Source of the DNA: Vicugna vicugna
Taxonomy: Eukaryota
Assembly (NCBI GenBank): GCA_013265495.1
Contig: MU058252.1
Location: 1,460,244-1,524,243, forward strand
DNA: 64,000 bases
Direction of reading: 5' to 3'
The position numbers and the translations under genes are program-made. Shown piece after piece: positions 23,084 through 36,625 of this stretch. The stretch's first letter is position 1. Each line of letters starts with the position of its first letter. The notes beneath the pieces were generated by a model that was not told the DNA's origin, did not search any database, and worked only from the letters and a program-made list of their open reading frames with translations.

Positions 23084-24396
23084 GATGCCATCATTTAACA
23101 TTCCATAATGTGGCTCAGCAGCAAACACTGGGCCCAGAAGGGGTGTAAGTCTGATGATTTTTTATTGTCTGCCAACAGTTTGGTCCCCACCGCCCACCCT
23201 CGACAACAAAGTAGTTCCTAGACAGGGACTTGTTCACCAGGGAGACAATCCCAGGGGCACCGTGACAGTGGGGAGGTGAGAGGGAAGGAAGGCAGGCAGT
23301 AAGCAGTGCAGTAACAAACAGATTATTGCTGGAAGCCACTGGGAATCGGTCCTGCGGGGCCGCCCTGAGGAACACCTCAGTGTCCTCTCACCGAGCAGGT
23401 GGGGGAGGAAGCGGAGTATTTACCTACCAGACCCTGGCCCGGCCCAAACGCAGCCCGGGAGGCCCTGGCATCCAGGAGACACCTTCAGAAGTCTCAGGGT
23501 TTGGAACTGCAGGCAGGCTAGAGGAAGCCCAGGGGACACACAGCGTATGTGACACCCGTTCTGCCTGCATTATGAGGACTGTCTTTTAAGCCCTTATAAA
23601 GAATCTTTGTTAGCTAAGTGAAGGTACGGTTAGACAGTTTCACCTACACAGGTTACATATAAATCAACACACCTGTGAGAACACCACTGTCCATTCTTCC
23701 CACCTTTCCCACAGGGCACCTCAAATACACACATGACACAGGCAATCTAACACAGAGACTGAGGGAGTGCTGGGGTCAGAGCATCAATACTGATAAAATT
23801 TAATCTTCTCTCAGATTAGAATGCACAAATCAAAGTTATAAAATACATTACCTTCTGTCCCCCTTGAGGTGCATGTGCCCATTCTGGCCATTAGGGACCA
23901 AAGCATATAGAGCCTCGCCCAGATCTCAGCTGGGAACAATTCCATTCATTTCAGGGTATGTGGGAACTCTTCTAACTGGGTAAGAAAACACTAGTAACAT
24001 AACGTTCTAATACAGTTTCAGTATTTGCCTATCACTTAACAAGGAGGAGATGAAAATTTCAATCTTCACAGAATTCCTTGATTGGGTATCTTATTTCCCA
24101 GTATTTAAAAAATTATACAGAAACCCACCCATAATGCGGCTCCATCTAGGAATTCACTGCAACTCAGGTCAAAATGCTCTGACTTCCCATAGTCTTTGGT
24201 ATGAAAGGCAAACTGCAAACTGGGTAGGCTCTTTGTTTTCATCCCTTTTACAGAAATAACAGCTCTACAGAAACGTTTTTCAAATTCACAGCTTCCTAAA
24301 TGAGTTACATGTGAAAACTCAGAAATGCATTTCAACTTTCTTAAACAAGTATTGAATTGAATTCCAGAAATGTGACACAAAGTTATAAAACTCCAT

Positions 24397-24402
24397 TTTA
24401 TT
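24397..24402 (-). terminator. Candidate proximal poly(A) signal (AATAAA) for XRCC2
   Basis: TTTATT on the plus strand about 260 nt past the stop codon. Other candidates lie at 23161-23166 and 22085-22090; usage cannot be read from the sequence. Confidence 0.3.
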
Positions 24403-24662
24403 TGGACTGAAATGAGTCTTATTCAGTTTTTAAACAACTTAATCACATACAGTTTAATTATTATTATCACTCTGAATAATCTTCACAACCTAGGAACAGA
24501 ACAGGCTTAAACGGTACTAGTTTAAGAAATCCACCTTGTGCAGAAATACTGTCATGTTAAATTCCCTGAGACTTTAAAACTTTAGAATCAAATCATTTTA
24601 GCCTACTAAAGACTTTTAAAACTTGCTTAGTATTCTCCTCAAAGGCTATTTTATGACACGTA

Positions 24663-25384
24663 TCAACAAAACTCAACGCCACTTTCTCTGATAATAAAAA
24701 AATGTTTTCTTAAGTTGTTACTTTTTAAATGACGTGAAACTAAAGAAAATTGGTTGCTGGTGTTAGAATCATCATGTTTGAAGAAAAAGATCCTGTGCTT
24801 CACCGCTTGCTGCCACGCCTTACAGAGGTAGGGCCGATAGTCTAGCTCCGCATCACTCGGACGGTTGGAGGCACAAGAAGGACCTTCTGCTGAGTTTGCG
24901 GTTCTCTGCATTATACTTTGCGTTGTTGCAAAAAGAACCAATCGATACTCATTTACAAGTTTCTCTAAGAGTTGAGAACATTTCTTCAGAACAGACTCCT
25001 GTAAGTTAACACTTTCTCCTCCATTGACACGGTCTATCCAATAAAAAGCCGACAGGCTATCCAAAATCAGAAGGCAGAGGGAGGGGCGACTACAAAACAT
25101 GGTTTCTAGCGAGTACAGCGTGAGAAGCAGCTGCGTGCTACTACTGCAGTAGACCAGAGAGAGTCTCCCGAGGCAATGCTTTATCACTTCTTCAGAACTT
25201 TGGGACAGTCTGTGCTCAAGAACTGTAACAAGCCGAAGCATGTCAAAGTGGTAATCCGTGTCAATAAATAAGACTTCTACTTCCAGTCCACCTTCCGATT
25301 TTGGAAGTATACATCGTGCTGTTAAGTGATAAAGCATCTCTGTCTTTCCTGTTCCTTCTGGACCATGAAATTCAAGAATAGCAC
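24663..25384 (-). CDS. XRCC2: XRCC2 coding exon 3, RecA/RAD51-like ATPase core
   Basis: Acceptor ttttacacag|GT; Walker A GPEGTGKT, Walker B LLILD, C-terminus ...ESGVEFC then TGA at 24665-24663. Total CDS 39+82+722=843 nt = 280 aa, the length of human XRCC2. Confidence 0.98.
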
Positions 25385-26920
25385 CTGTGTAAAATTTAAA
25401 AATGTCGGTCAAAATGCAGCAGCACAATAATGGTAGGCTAAGAAATGAGAAGTCTGCAAAAATGTTTAAAAAAATTTACTGACATATTCTTTTGAAAGAA
25501 AATCTAAATCCACTTGCCCAAATGGATTCGTAGAAGCAAACACAAATAAATATGGAAGTTAAATCACTAAATTTCACCTCCGAGAGAGGTGCTGGCTATT
25601 AATTAGCACCAAGAAAATTTGAAAAACAAAACAACATGGTTGAAATGGGCCCAAGGGCATCTGCTGGGGATGGGGCCGCATACACTCAGAATTAAACTGT
25701 CAATACTGCAGCATTAAGCATAATGTGCCACAGGTCTATGGTCTTTTAAAGAGATACTGACCCCTGATACACGCCATTTCTGGTAGTTGATTTTCCAATA
25801 TCCATTTTCTCCTTTTTCCTTAAGTTTAAAACCCCAATTTGGGGGGAAGGCAATGTGCCCAGCTTAAAAACTATTTTTCTTAGTTTTCCTTGCAAAGATA
25901 GGTCAGCAGGTATCAGAGTTGTATCCAGTGAAACACAGTGGATGTCTGCTGGGGTTTCTAACTTTTGCTGCCCTGAGACAGGTGCCACTTCTGCTCTGCC
26001 ACTCCCTCCTCTGGTGCAGCAGTCATCTTGGAACAGCGAGGATGTCGGGTTCACACCAAAGAGGGCAGACCCCGAAAAGGGTGGAGCAGGAAGACAGGCG
26101 TGTCCAGGACTTGGACGACAACACAGAACCCTGTGTGCCAACGATGCACAGCCTGCCTCGGTACCAACGGGTGGAAAATAAGCCTCTAGCTCATAAGCTG
26201 CTAGGTTGGATTTCTGTCACATGCAGTTGAATCAATCCATAATCAGGGCTTCTCAATGTTGTTGTCATAATGGGTGGAACAAATTCTTGACTGTGCAGAT
26301 TCACACAAGCAGGGCAGTAAGAGCCCACAGCTCTCAGGTCCTAAGTGCCAACAGCACCCTTCAGGTGAAAACTCCCACACACAGGTCCAAGCTGCCTTCA
26401 GTTACTCCCTGCTATAGTGAGTATCTCTGAAATGGTCTTGCTGAAACGACATCTGCATTGTGAATTATTTTCCACATTATAAATCAAAGTCAACTACTCT
26501 GAACTTTAAAGACTCCAAATCTCTCTCTATACAGGTTCCAATAACTCTCTTTCATTGAGGACAGGACATGTTAAATAAAACACCTGGGGAAACTGTCCTG
26601 TCTCCAGAGCTTTCAAAATCCACTCTAAACAGTGGCCTTCCAATTCTTGTTTGTTTGCCATTAAATTTATGGCTGAACTACATAACTGGTAACATGTTAA
26701 AAAGCAGATTCTCAGGTTCCAAACAAGTTATGGTCTATCTGAGAATCCAGTTACTTTATTTCCTGTTATTACTGACAAGCCATTTTATGCTGGAACAATC
26801 ACAAATAATGCATAAGAAATCTAGCAGTTTGCCACCAGGACATATTTAAGGTAATATGAAACTTCAGCCAATTTTCCCTATATTCTTATGTACAATTTGC
26901 AATTCAAGATTTTAATTAGA

Positions 26921-27041
26921 GGGGGAGGGGATAGCTCAGTGGTGGAGCGCATGCCTAGCAAGCATGAAGTCCTGGGTTCCATCCCCAGTACCGCCATTAA
27001 AAATCAATTACCTTCCCCTCAAATAAAAAATAAATACATAA
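26921..27041 (+). mobile_element. Vic-1-like SINE in XRCC2 intron 2
   Basis: A and B boxes; clear TSD AAGATTTTAATTAGA on both sides. Confidence 0.93.
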
Positions 27042-29869
27042 AAGATTTTAATTAGAAAGATTCCCTCATGTCTCCCCACAAGGTATCCGCCTCAAGGAGT
27101 GAAACTGTTTTCACATTAACAGTTGTTCACGGCTGCTCTTATTAAAAGCTAACATGGTGACGAAAGCCACACTCAACCAGATGTTCAGGTTACCCTCTCC
27201 TACTTATATGACTGAGGAGCTGAGTGGAAATCTTACCCCTGCCTCCAACTCTTTTACTGCCCTATGTTATAAGGAAGAGGACAAGCTACGTGCAGCAGAT
27301 GGAGACACATTAACCCTGAACAAGTATTAACGGCAGTGAAGGAAAGCTGAAGACACAGTGTAGCAAGATGAATCTGAAGGTGGTGTGAGGGCACAACAGG
27401 CAGGCAGCACCAAACCTGGCCTCCCGTCCCCAGAAACGCAGGCAGGCACAGCATCGCAGCGGTCACCCTGCCTTCAGCCCTCTACACGCGGCAGGGAACG
27501 ACTTCTACCTCACTGGACCACACTCGGCGGCGGACAAATCAACCCTGACCACCCTCCACCATCGCACTTAGCATGCTACAGACCCTGCCCATCTCCCTGG
27601 TTATATTTCCTGCTCGTGACTTCAAGGTTGGGACCTGAATCCCCAGCATATAAAGCACAGTATCTTCTGAATGCAATTCATCGGCTTAACCTTCTTAAGA
27701 ACTTCTCGAAAGAAATCTGAAGAATGAAATGTAAGTGCTGATTTGGGGAAGATTAAAGGCCCAGAGGTCAATTCTGGAACATGGCACTTTGACAGGTAGC
27801 AGGTATGGCAGGGAGTTCCAGGCGAGGATGTGACTGGGAGTAAGCTACAGAGAAACAGAGAACAGAAAGCTCTTTGTGGGGTGGGAGTACACCTAAAATT
27901 AAGACAGAGGGCCAAAACTCAATTCTCAGACTACACCCACAGTTAGAGGAGTCAGCAGAACACAGATAAAACAGAAATTTAACAGAAAAATCAGGAGGAA
28001 AAAACAACACAGAACACAAAAGAAGGTTTCAAGAAAATGAAATAGTACTGAATAATACTAAATGTAGCAGAAAAGTTCTAAAAATAAAGAAAATGGCAGG
28101 GGAGAGGTAGGGAACAGATCACTTAACTGGTCCTGGATGGTAAACTTACAGCAGTAAATGTGTTGTTTTCAAAAGCACATTTAACATAAACATTATTTTA
28201 CGAACTGAACTGTAAAAACTGAGATACTTAGAAGACAGACTGAAAAGGCACCACCGGGAGCAGTCCCTGCCTTCAGACTAAAGGCAAGGATGGAAATCAC
28301 ACTGTACGAAGGCGGGGATACACGAGGAATTAGAAAAAGGACACAATGGTTTAGGCTCATTTAAAAAGCACAAAAAATTCAAAAGCAGTTTCATGTGGCA
28401 GGAGAGTCAAGTGAAGATAATTTAAGGTAAGAGAAATATAACATTCTGAAATAGAAGAGCAGGGATTCCACAGGGAGATAGAAACACAAGTTATTGGTCA
28501 GAGGGTAACTGAGATAGTTATCTCTGGATATTTTCCGGAATTCTCGGAATAGGGAAAAAAATGAAAACTTTGCCAAATATTTTCTTGGAGACGGGGTGGT
28601 GCTCATAAACACCTCTCAGCATAACCGACAAGAGTTCTGGTGCTTTGTGAGCACTCTCCAGCAGGGCTTACCAAGGCTTTCTAAACCCATACATTAAATA
28701 AGAAATGGCCAGTGTAATATATATAATGGTTCCTTAGATCCTTGGTTCAGCATGACTTAAACTCAAAGTTTAAGGTTGGCCAGGAGATTATTAGGTAGAT
28801 AGAAACATTCTTCTTCTACAGATTAACAGCAAAGCAGATAAAAAGGTCATTTATAACAACTGGGTAAGAAAAATCTGCAAACCTGGAAATTACACATGAA
28901 TATTATCACTAGGGTTCTTGAACTAGATTCCCTACAAATATGTTTAATGATGAATTGGACTCAGTTTCATTGATTTTCATTTACTGTCTAATCATAAGAT
29001 CAAAAATTGTATCCAAGCATTACGTTCTATATAGGAGACATGGTCCTGTTAACTGTATTTTAAGTCACTATTTCATGTTTCTTAGAGCTGTTACAAAAAA
29101 TCTCACCCAAGTCCAATCAAAGCATTGAGTATGACAACTTGCAGCTAAAGAAAAAAAAATCCCACCTCTACAGTTTGACACTCAACAAATTAAACTAAAT
29201 CAGAAAATCTGGATGGTTTGGCCTTGTTAGTTACTCTTACAAATAGAATGCTGTTAAGGGGTTTGGGTAACAGATTGTCAGAGTGAGTTTACCAATCTAA
29301 AGAGCCTTCAAATAAGGAAAAGAAAGAAAAGCCAAAAAATACATCATCTTGGTACAGCCTACTAATTTTATAACAAATATGTTGAATTTGCAGAATACAA
29401 TCATTACAGCACTTAAGAGGCAATGAGCTTCTGTGTGGTACTGAATAACTACTACCCAAAAAAAGCATTAAAACTACGTTCACCATAGCACTGTAAACTG
29501 CTGTAACCCCTCGTCTTCTACTGGCTCACTGAGCTATCCTGTAACAGCTTATCATCAACTGCTGTTGTTGACAAACAATCCTTATAATCCTAGTCTTACG
29601 TCTGCTATTGCTCCGATGAGTACTCATCCAACCAGTTTTATAGCTCTAAAATCTATTCATTTTAAGTAAACATTTTTAGTGGCTGAACATAATGTTTTTA
29701 AAGTTTCTATAAATGTAATATTCAAATGTATAAGCTGTTTTTCAAATCCATGTTTCAATGACAGTTTCATAAGGCTCAACTTAATATCCTTTCTGACAGG
29801 GAGAATAGATAGTTCGATATTTTGTCTGATACGTTTGATGAAAATTTGTCATTTATTCTTGATAGTTTA

Positions 29870-32800
29870 GAATTTTCTGCTAACAGATCTGCTCTGCAGG
29901 AAATACCAAAGGGAGTCCTTCAGGATGAAGGAAAGGAGGAGAGAGGAACTTAAATCCAAACGAGTCGATAAAGAACACAGGTAAATATAAAAGACAGTAT
30001 AAGCGTGTTTTACACCTGTAACTCCTTTTTTGTCTGATTTCAGATAAAACTGCATTAAATAATTCTAATGATTTTTAATAATTTTAAGTGTGTTTAAGTA
30101 TATACTTCAGTATTATAAGCATATGTAATGTATAAATACATAATTTCTAGCAGCACAAAGAAGGGGGCAGGAATGGAATGATACATTACCAAAGTTCTTA
30201 TAAAATATTGAAATTAAGATGGTACTTAATCCAATTAGATTGTTATCAACTAAGATGTTCATTGTAACCCTCCGGGCAATCACGAGGTAAATAACTCAAA
30301 AAGTAAAAATAATGACAAGGAATTAAAATGGAACACTAGAAATACCTATTTAACACAAAAGAAGACAGTAAGGGAGGAACAGAGAAACAAAAAAGATACA
30401 AGACATACATAAAACAGACAGCAAAATGGTGGGCATAAATCCTACTTTAACTGGTGATAATAAATGGATTAAAAAATCCAAACAAAGGGCAAAAACTGAC
30501 AAAATGGAATAAAAAACATGATCCAACTACAGGTTGTCTACAATGGGCACACTTGACATCCCAAGTCACAAGGTTGACAGTAAATAGGCAGAAAAAGAGA
30601 TACTGCGCAAAAGGTAACCAGTAGAGCTGAAGTGGCTGCACTATCATCGGACAAAACACACTTTAAGACAAAAATTGTTATTAGAGACAAGGACATTGTG
30701 TTTTTTATTGTGGTAAAAGCAACATAAAATTTACCATCTTTGCCATTTTCAATTGTGCAGTTCAGTAGTGTTAAGTACATTCACATTGTTGTGAAGCAGT
30801 CTACAGAACTTTTTCATCTCGCAAAACTGAAAACCTGTAACCATTAGACAACAACTCTCCCTTTCTCCCTTCTCCCCAGTCCGTGGTGATCACCATTCTA
30901 CCTTCTGTTTCTATGAATCTGACTATTTTAGGTGCTTCATGTAAGTGGGACCAGTAGTATTTTTCTTTTTGTGACTGGCTTATTTCACTTGGTTTGTCCT
31001 CAAGGCTCATCCATGTTGTAGCATGTGTCAAAATACCCTTCCTTTTTAAGGCTGAATAGTATTCCATTGTATGTATATATGATTTTTGTTTATCCATTCA
31101 TCTGTCAACAAACATCTGAGTTGCTTCCGTTTCTTAGCTGTTTTGAATAGTGCTGCTATGAACATAGGTGTGCAAATATCTGTTCAATCCCCTGCTTTCA
31201 ATTCTCTTGGATATACACCCAGAAGTACAATTGGTGGATCACATGGTAGCTCTATTATTTATTTTTTGAGGAACCTCCAGACTGTTTTCCATAATGGCTG
31301 CACCATTTTACAATCCCATCAACACAAGGGTACTAAATTGTCCACCACCTCACCAACACTTTTTTTTTTGATAGTAGCCATTCTAATGGGTGTGAGATGA
31401 ATTTTATAACATAAGTCAATCCATCAATAAGATATAATAGTGATAATAAATGTATATATGCCCAACAACACATGAAGCCCACAAAAACTGAACCAAAGGG
31501 AGAAATAGACAATTTACCAATAGTCAGAGACTCAATACCCCACTTGCAATAATGGATAGAACAACTGGACAGAAGGTCAGCAAGGAAACAGAATACCTGA
31601 ACAACACTGAAAACCAACTAGAACCAAGAGACATCAATAAAACACTTGACCCAACTACAGTAGAGCACATATTCTTCTCAAGTGCACATGGAACATTCTC
31701 CAGGACAGATCATATGTTTGGCCATAAAACAAGTCTCGATGAATTTAAAGAGACTGAAATCAAATAAGTATGTTCTCTGATCAGAAAATAAAAACAGAAA
31801 TCAGTTGTAATAACAACAACAGCTGTAAATCTTCTTGACTGTGGATTAGGCAATGGCGTCTCAGCTATGATATCAAAAGCATGATCAAGAAAAGCATAGA
31901 TAAATTGAGGGACTTCATCAAAATTAATAACTTTGTGCTTCAATGGAGGCCATCAAGATAGTGAAAAGACAACATGCAGAATGGGAGAAAATATGTAAAA
32001 ATCACGTACTTGATAAGGGACTTCTATCTAGAATGTATAAAGGATTCATAACTCAGTAAAAAGAAAACCCAGTTTTGTAAAAGGGCAAAAGATCTGAATT
32101 TCTCCAAAGTACATATACAAACTGCCGAAAAGCACATGCACCACGCTTAACACCATTAGCCATCAGGGAAACGTAAATCAAAACCACAGGGAGGCATCAC
32201 TTCATACTCACTAGGAAGGCTATCGTCAAAAAGACAGACAATGACATGTTTGCAGGATGTGGGGAAACTGGAACACTCGTACACTTTGCTGATGGTGACA
32301 AGGAAAATGTGGCAATTTCCAAAGCAGCTGCCTTGGAAAATAGTCTGGCAATTTCACCAAAGGTTGAACACAGAGTCCCCATACAGCTTGGCAGTCCCTC
32401 TCATTGGTATTACCCAAGACAACTGAAAATGCATCTCCACAGAAACACTCGTACACAAAATAACCACAGCATTCTTCATTACAACCAAAAAGCAGAAACA
32501 ACCCAAATGTCCATCAACTGATGAATGGATAAATAAAATGTGGTGTATCTACACAAGAGAGTATTACCCAATAAAACAGAATGAACTACTGATGCGTGCT
32601 ACAATGTGGTGAATCAAGCAAAGTGAAGGAAATCAGTTGTAAGAGACCGCATGCCCTATGATTCCGATTATGTGCAATGTCCAGAAAAGGCAAACCCGGA
32701 CAGGCAGAAAGAAGACGAGCGGTTGCCCAGAGTTAAGGGGTGTGGGAGGGAGTGAGGAGCGACACTATCAGGCAGGGCTTCTTTCTGGGGTGAAGAAAAT

Positions 32801-32890
32801 GTTCTACAGTTGACTGTGGTGACAGCTGCACGCGTGTGTGAACTGTACACTTAGATGGGTGAATTCTCTTCTTTAAAGCTGCTGCATTAA
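29870..32890 (+). mobile_element. Old L1 fragments in XRCC2 intron 2, with a nested antisense L1 at about 30700-31400
   Basis: EN-domain remnant (FFSSAHGTFSRTDHMFGHKTSL) and 3' end on +; MEYYSALKRKGILTHATTWMSLED on -. Confidence 0.88.
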
Positions 32891-33327
32891 AAGAGAAAGA
32901 ACGACCTAAGCACACTACTTCGTTATAAGTTTCCCCTAGTGTAGAAGTGCTGATAGAACCAGTGGATATATAGTTTCCCTGCCATGAAAATATTAACAGA
33001 ACAGCCAGGTACCTAAGGACTTCCCTGTGATTCTCAAACTTCTAAAGAATAAAAACTCAGTAATAACAAAACTCCCCAAAACTGTGCTGGGACTAAGGAG
33101 GTTGTTTGTACTGAAGATTTACTGCAGATAAACCAAACTTCATCTCATCTGACACCGCCAGCGAAGGCTTGGAAGTGTCCCACCGCAATCTCTTTCTCAG
33201 GTTTTAACTTCACAGTTTAAGCCATCTAGGCTCTTGCCAAGAATATGTGTATATATATGAATATATGTCAGAAAAAACTTGTCTTATAAAACTTAATTTA
33301 TATTTTGGCTGGAGACTGTGTTTTTAC

Positions 33328-33409
33328 CATGCACAGGTGAATCTTCATCAGCAAACAGATATGGTTCTATGTCTTTCAAGGAACTTCTGCCTTCCAGTCG
33401 GGCAAGGAG
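33328..33409 (-). CDS. XRCC2: XRCC2 coding exon 2 ([27 protein letters not shown]+G)
   Basis: Translated by hand, not in the ORF track. Acceptor ttctcttttacaag|CTC, donor CATG|GTAAAA, 82 nt; phases join exons 1 and 3 in frame. Confidence 0.96.
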
Positions 33410-34479
33410 CTTGTAAAAGAGAAAAAAAAAGAGAAGAAAACTCATTATCTAAAAATACAAAATCCTAGAAATTGACATGGACAATTTTTCCAAAAGTCTA
33501 TGAGACTTTTCATAATGTTGAGGATCTGGAGGAAATTACAAAATAGGAAATACAATTTAGGAGAGAAAATTGTGTTCATTTATTCAGAAAATAATTTATT
33601 TTTTGTTTATGTACCAAACACTGGTGGTAGAGTCGCTGCCCTCAAAGGAGCTGATGTGTAGTCTGGATACAGGCCCACACTGCTAACTGCAAGGGGTCTA
33701 TCTTCCTTACTCCTTATAATTCTCTTTCTCACTCCACTTACCACACTTGTTACACAGTTACCAGCTTTTCTTCTGTCTGCCCACTATCTGTCAGCCCTCA
33801 TCTAGGGAAGGTAAAGGGAGGAGACAATGGAGAAAGGTGGAGAAAAATGTCCCTGAGAAGCTCCAGCTTGAATTCGTGAGGTGAACAGGGCAGAGCCAGG
33901 CATAACTGGCAGATGGGACCACGTCAGCCGAGGTGCAAAGGTTATAAACAGCAGTGCGTGCAGGTCAGCTGGAAGAAAGTTTGAACTGCTAGAGCTGGTG
34001 GCATGAAACAGGCAGGAGACAATGAAGTCATAAAAGAACAGAAGTGAGGTCGCGAAAGGTCTTGGATGCCATGTTTAGCAGTTTGCTCTTTGGCTTGCAG
34101 GTAAGAGCAAGGGGTTTTAAGAAGCAAGCTACAACAGCTGAAGAGTAGAGAGCTGGGACTCGAGAACCAGACCTGCTGGGTCACTTCTCTAGGCCTGAGG
34201 TTTCTCATTAGTAGTGTTTCAAGAGTGCCTGGCACAGAGCAAGCACTATCTAAGTATGAGGTGTTATCTGCATTTCAAACAGATCATCCTGGTGGCCACT
34301 AGGGGGTGGGTGTGAGAGGAAAGGCAGACGTGGAGAAAAGGCTGGAGTCTGTCGCACTAACCCGGAGGAGGAGTGCCCGCACCAAGACAGAGTCAGGACC
34401 ACAGCAAGCAGAATTCTGAGGCTGACAACGGAAACGTAATCAAAGTTGATTCTCGAGGTTCTAAGGAGCAACACAGACT

Positions 34480-36625
34480 AGACAACCCTTCTACAGAACA
34501 ACAAAAGCACATCGCAAAGGGAAGAAAAGCACTTATCCTTTATAGTTCTTCTTTTAAAACAGAAGCAAGAGCTTCGGAAAGAATTCCTGCGGTGATGAAA
34601 AGGTTCTGTGCATTAAGCTGCCCTCAAAGAACCTGCAGGTAGGTCCTCTAGGAGATGAGGTTTTACTCCACAAGCTGAGACTGCTAACTACACAAGGAGG
34701 AGAGTGCTCTGAATTACAGCCGAGGCTCCAAGCATGCACCTGTGGTGTCAGTTGTTCTCATAAATACTAAGACATCATCTTTTTCACTAAGCTGACAATG
34801 CGCTGATGGTGCAACAGCGAAGGTGGGTAGAACTGTTGGCACCAGCACACTCACAGCAGTGGCACCAAACTGCATCAGTATGCACGGTATTCTTCACCAC
34901 TCGCAGGAAAAAAAACCCAAACAAGCAAAACTATTTTTATGTAAGAATGGTTTTTGATGAGGCAGTAAAAAGTGTTAGTTCTATTAAATCATGACCTTTG
35001 AGTACTTTTGAAAATATTCCTTGTAATGACATGGGAAGCATGTTAGTAGGAAAGAATTTAACCTTGACCAGAGAGGTCTGGCCTTTGCCCTGGGCTTCTG
35101 GGAGATAATCTCTAGGCCTCTTGGAATATCCTGCTGATAAAAGTGTCATTGTTTACCTGGGGACCCTGAGCCACACCAGACAGTCTAACAGTGTGAGTGG
35201 AGGTGGGGGCCCCAGGTCGGCTCAGCCTCTGGTATCCCTGGGCTGGAGCCGGAGGCTGGTTGTTCGGGCGGCTATGCCTGCATGACAGCCTCACGAAGAC
35301 CCTGGACACTGGAGTTCAGGTGAGCTGGCAACTGAGGTCAGAATGAGTGAGGTCTTGAGGACCTGGAACTCTGCAATTGGTCCAAAGTGAAGGCAGTCTT
35401 GGGGACTTATCCTAACTTCACATATAGATAAAGCACTTTTGCTCTGAATTGAAATACAATGGTTTTTCTCTAGGAAAAGCAATTGTGTGATTATCTGAGC
35501 TGGATACTTTTTCATCGAATACCTTTAATTTAAAGAACGACCGACAGACAAGTCACGACTATACAGACTTTGGTATCTGGCAGACATTTTATTGCAAACA
35601 AAGAAAGCGAGCCTGTCACTTTAAGGGAAAAGAACTGACAGCATCTGTTGCCAATGATAAAATCTGAATTTTGGGAAACTTTTATCCACTACTGTGAGCT
35701 TGTCAGGTTCCCAATACTTCAGGTATTGGTGAAATCACTGGTGACTTTAACAGATGTGACTTTGAGGGGATAATTATTTAACAAAATGTGTCAATACCTG
35801 GAAGATCAGTATAACACAGTGAACCAATATTTCCAGGTGACCTATGTACGATGTCAAATCACTTCGGGTTAAGAGTCACTCCAAGTTTAAAACAGATCAG
35901 TAGGTTGTAATGTCAGAGAAGTTCATTGATAAATTTCATATCCTATGTTGCAATTAACTTCTAGGAAAATGACTAACTTCTAGGAAATTGTCAAGTTTTG
36001 GTGTAGCATCAAGGAAGAATATCCACAGTTATCTGAAAAGATTCTTAAAATACTCCTCCCTTTTCTAACCATGTAACTGTGGGAGGCAGGTAGTCTTCAT
36101 CAACTTTAACCAGAACCACATATAGTAACAGGCTGGATACAGAAAAGAGATGCAAACCCAGTTAACTTCTCTTCAGCTAAACATTAAAGAGACTTACAAA
36201 TATGTAAAATAATGTCACTCCTCACTACATTTTTTCTTTAGAAAAATATAGCTATTCTTCATAAAAATATTTCTGATAATATTCAATGGGTTTATTATTG
36301 GGTATATTCAGTTGGGTCATTGGTACACAAATGTAAGTATTTTAAATTTCTCAGTTTCATTGACAGATATAACCCACATAAACAAAAGCTCTTTTGCTGA
36401 TGGATGTTAACAGGACCAACTGTGATGATCATTTTGCAATATATACAAATAATGAATCATTATGTTCTACACCTGAAACTAACATAATGTTATGTCTATT
36501 ACACCTCAAAAAAAAAAAAACCCACAACCAACAAAAAACAAACAAAAACCACAACTCTCTGAAATCCTCAATAATTTTAAAATGTGTAATGCAGTCCCTA
36601 AAGCTAAAAAGTATGAGAACCACTG
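34480..36625 (+). mobile_element. hAT-Charlie1-like DNA transposon relic, interrupted by a MER21-like LTR (about 35041-35420) and an L1 3' end (about 36395-36520)
   Basis: Degenerate transposase-like text (AAAGAACGACCGACAGACAAG...TATCTGGCAGACATTTT; AAGGAAGAATATCCACAGTTATCTGAAAA) and terminal TGAGAACCACTG. Confidence 0.7.

Noticed and set aside
25385..25427. N-terminal [14 protein letters not shown] of the 254-aa ORF as the XRCC2 start
   Set aside because: It is intron 2 sequence read through the acceptor; the true N-terminus comes from exons 1 and 2.
25746..26230. Three overlapping 103-131 aa ORFs in XRCC2 intron 2 as a nested gene or retrocopy
   Set aside because: No recognisable domain, poly(A) tail or TSD; adjacent sequence looks like a MER20-type relic.
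35955..35990. Short tandem duplication TAACTTCTAGGAAA
   Set aside because: Ordinary slippage duplication within a decayed DNA transposon.
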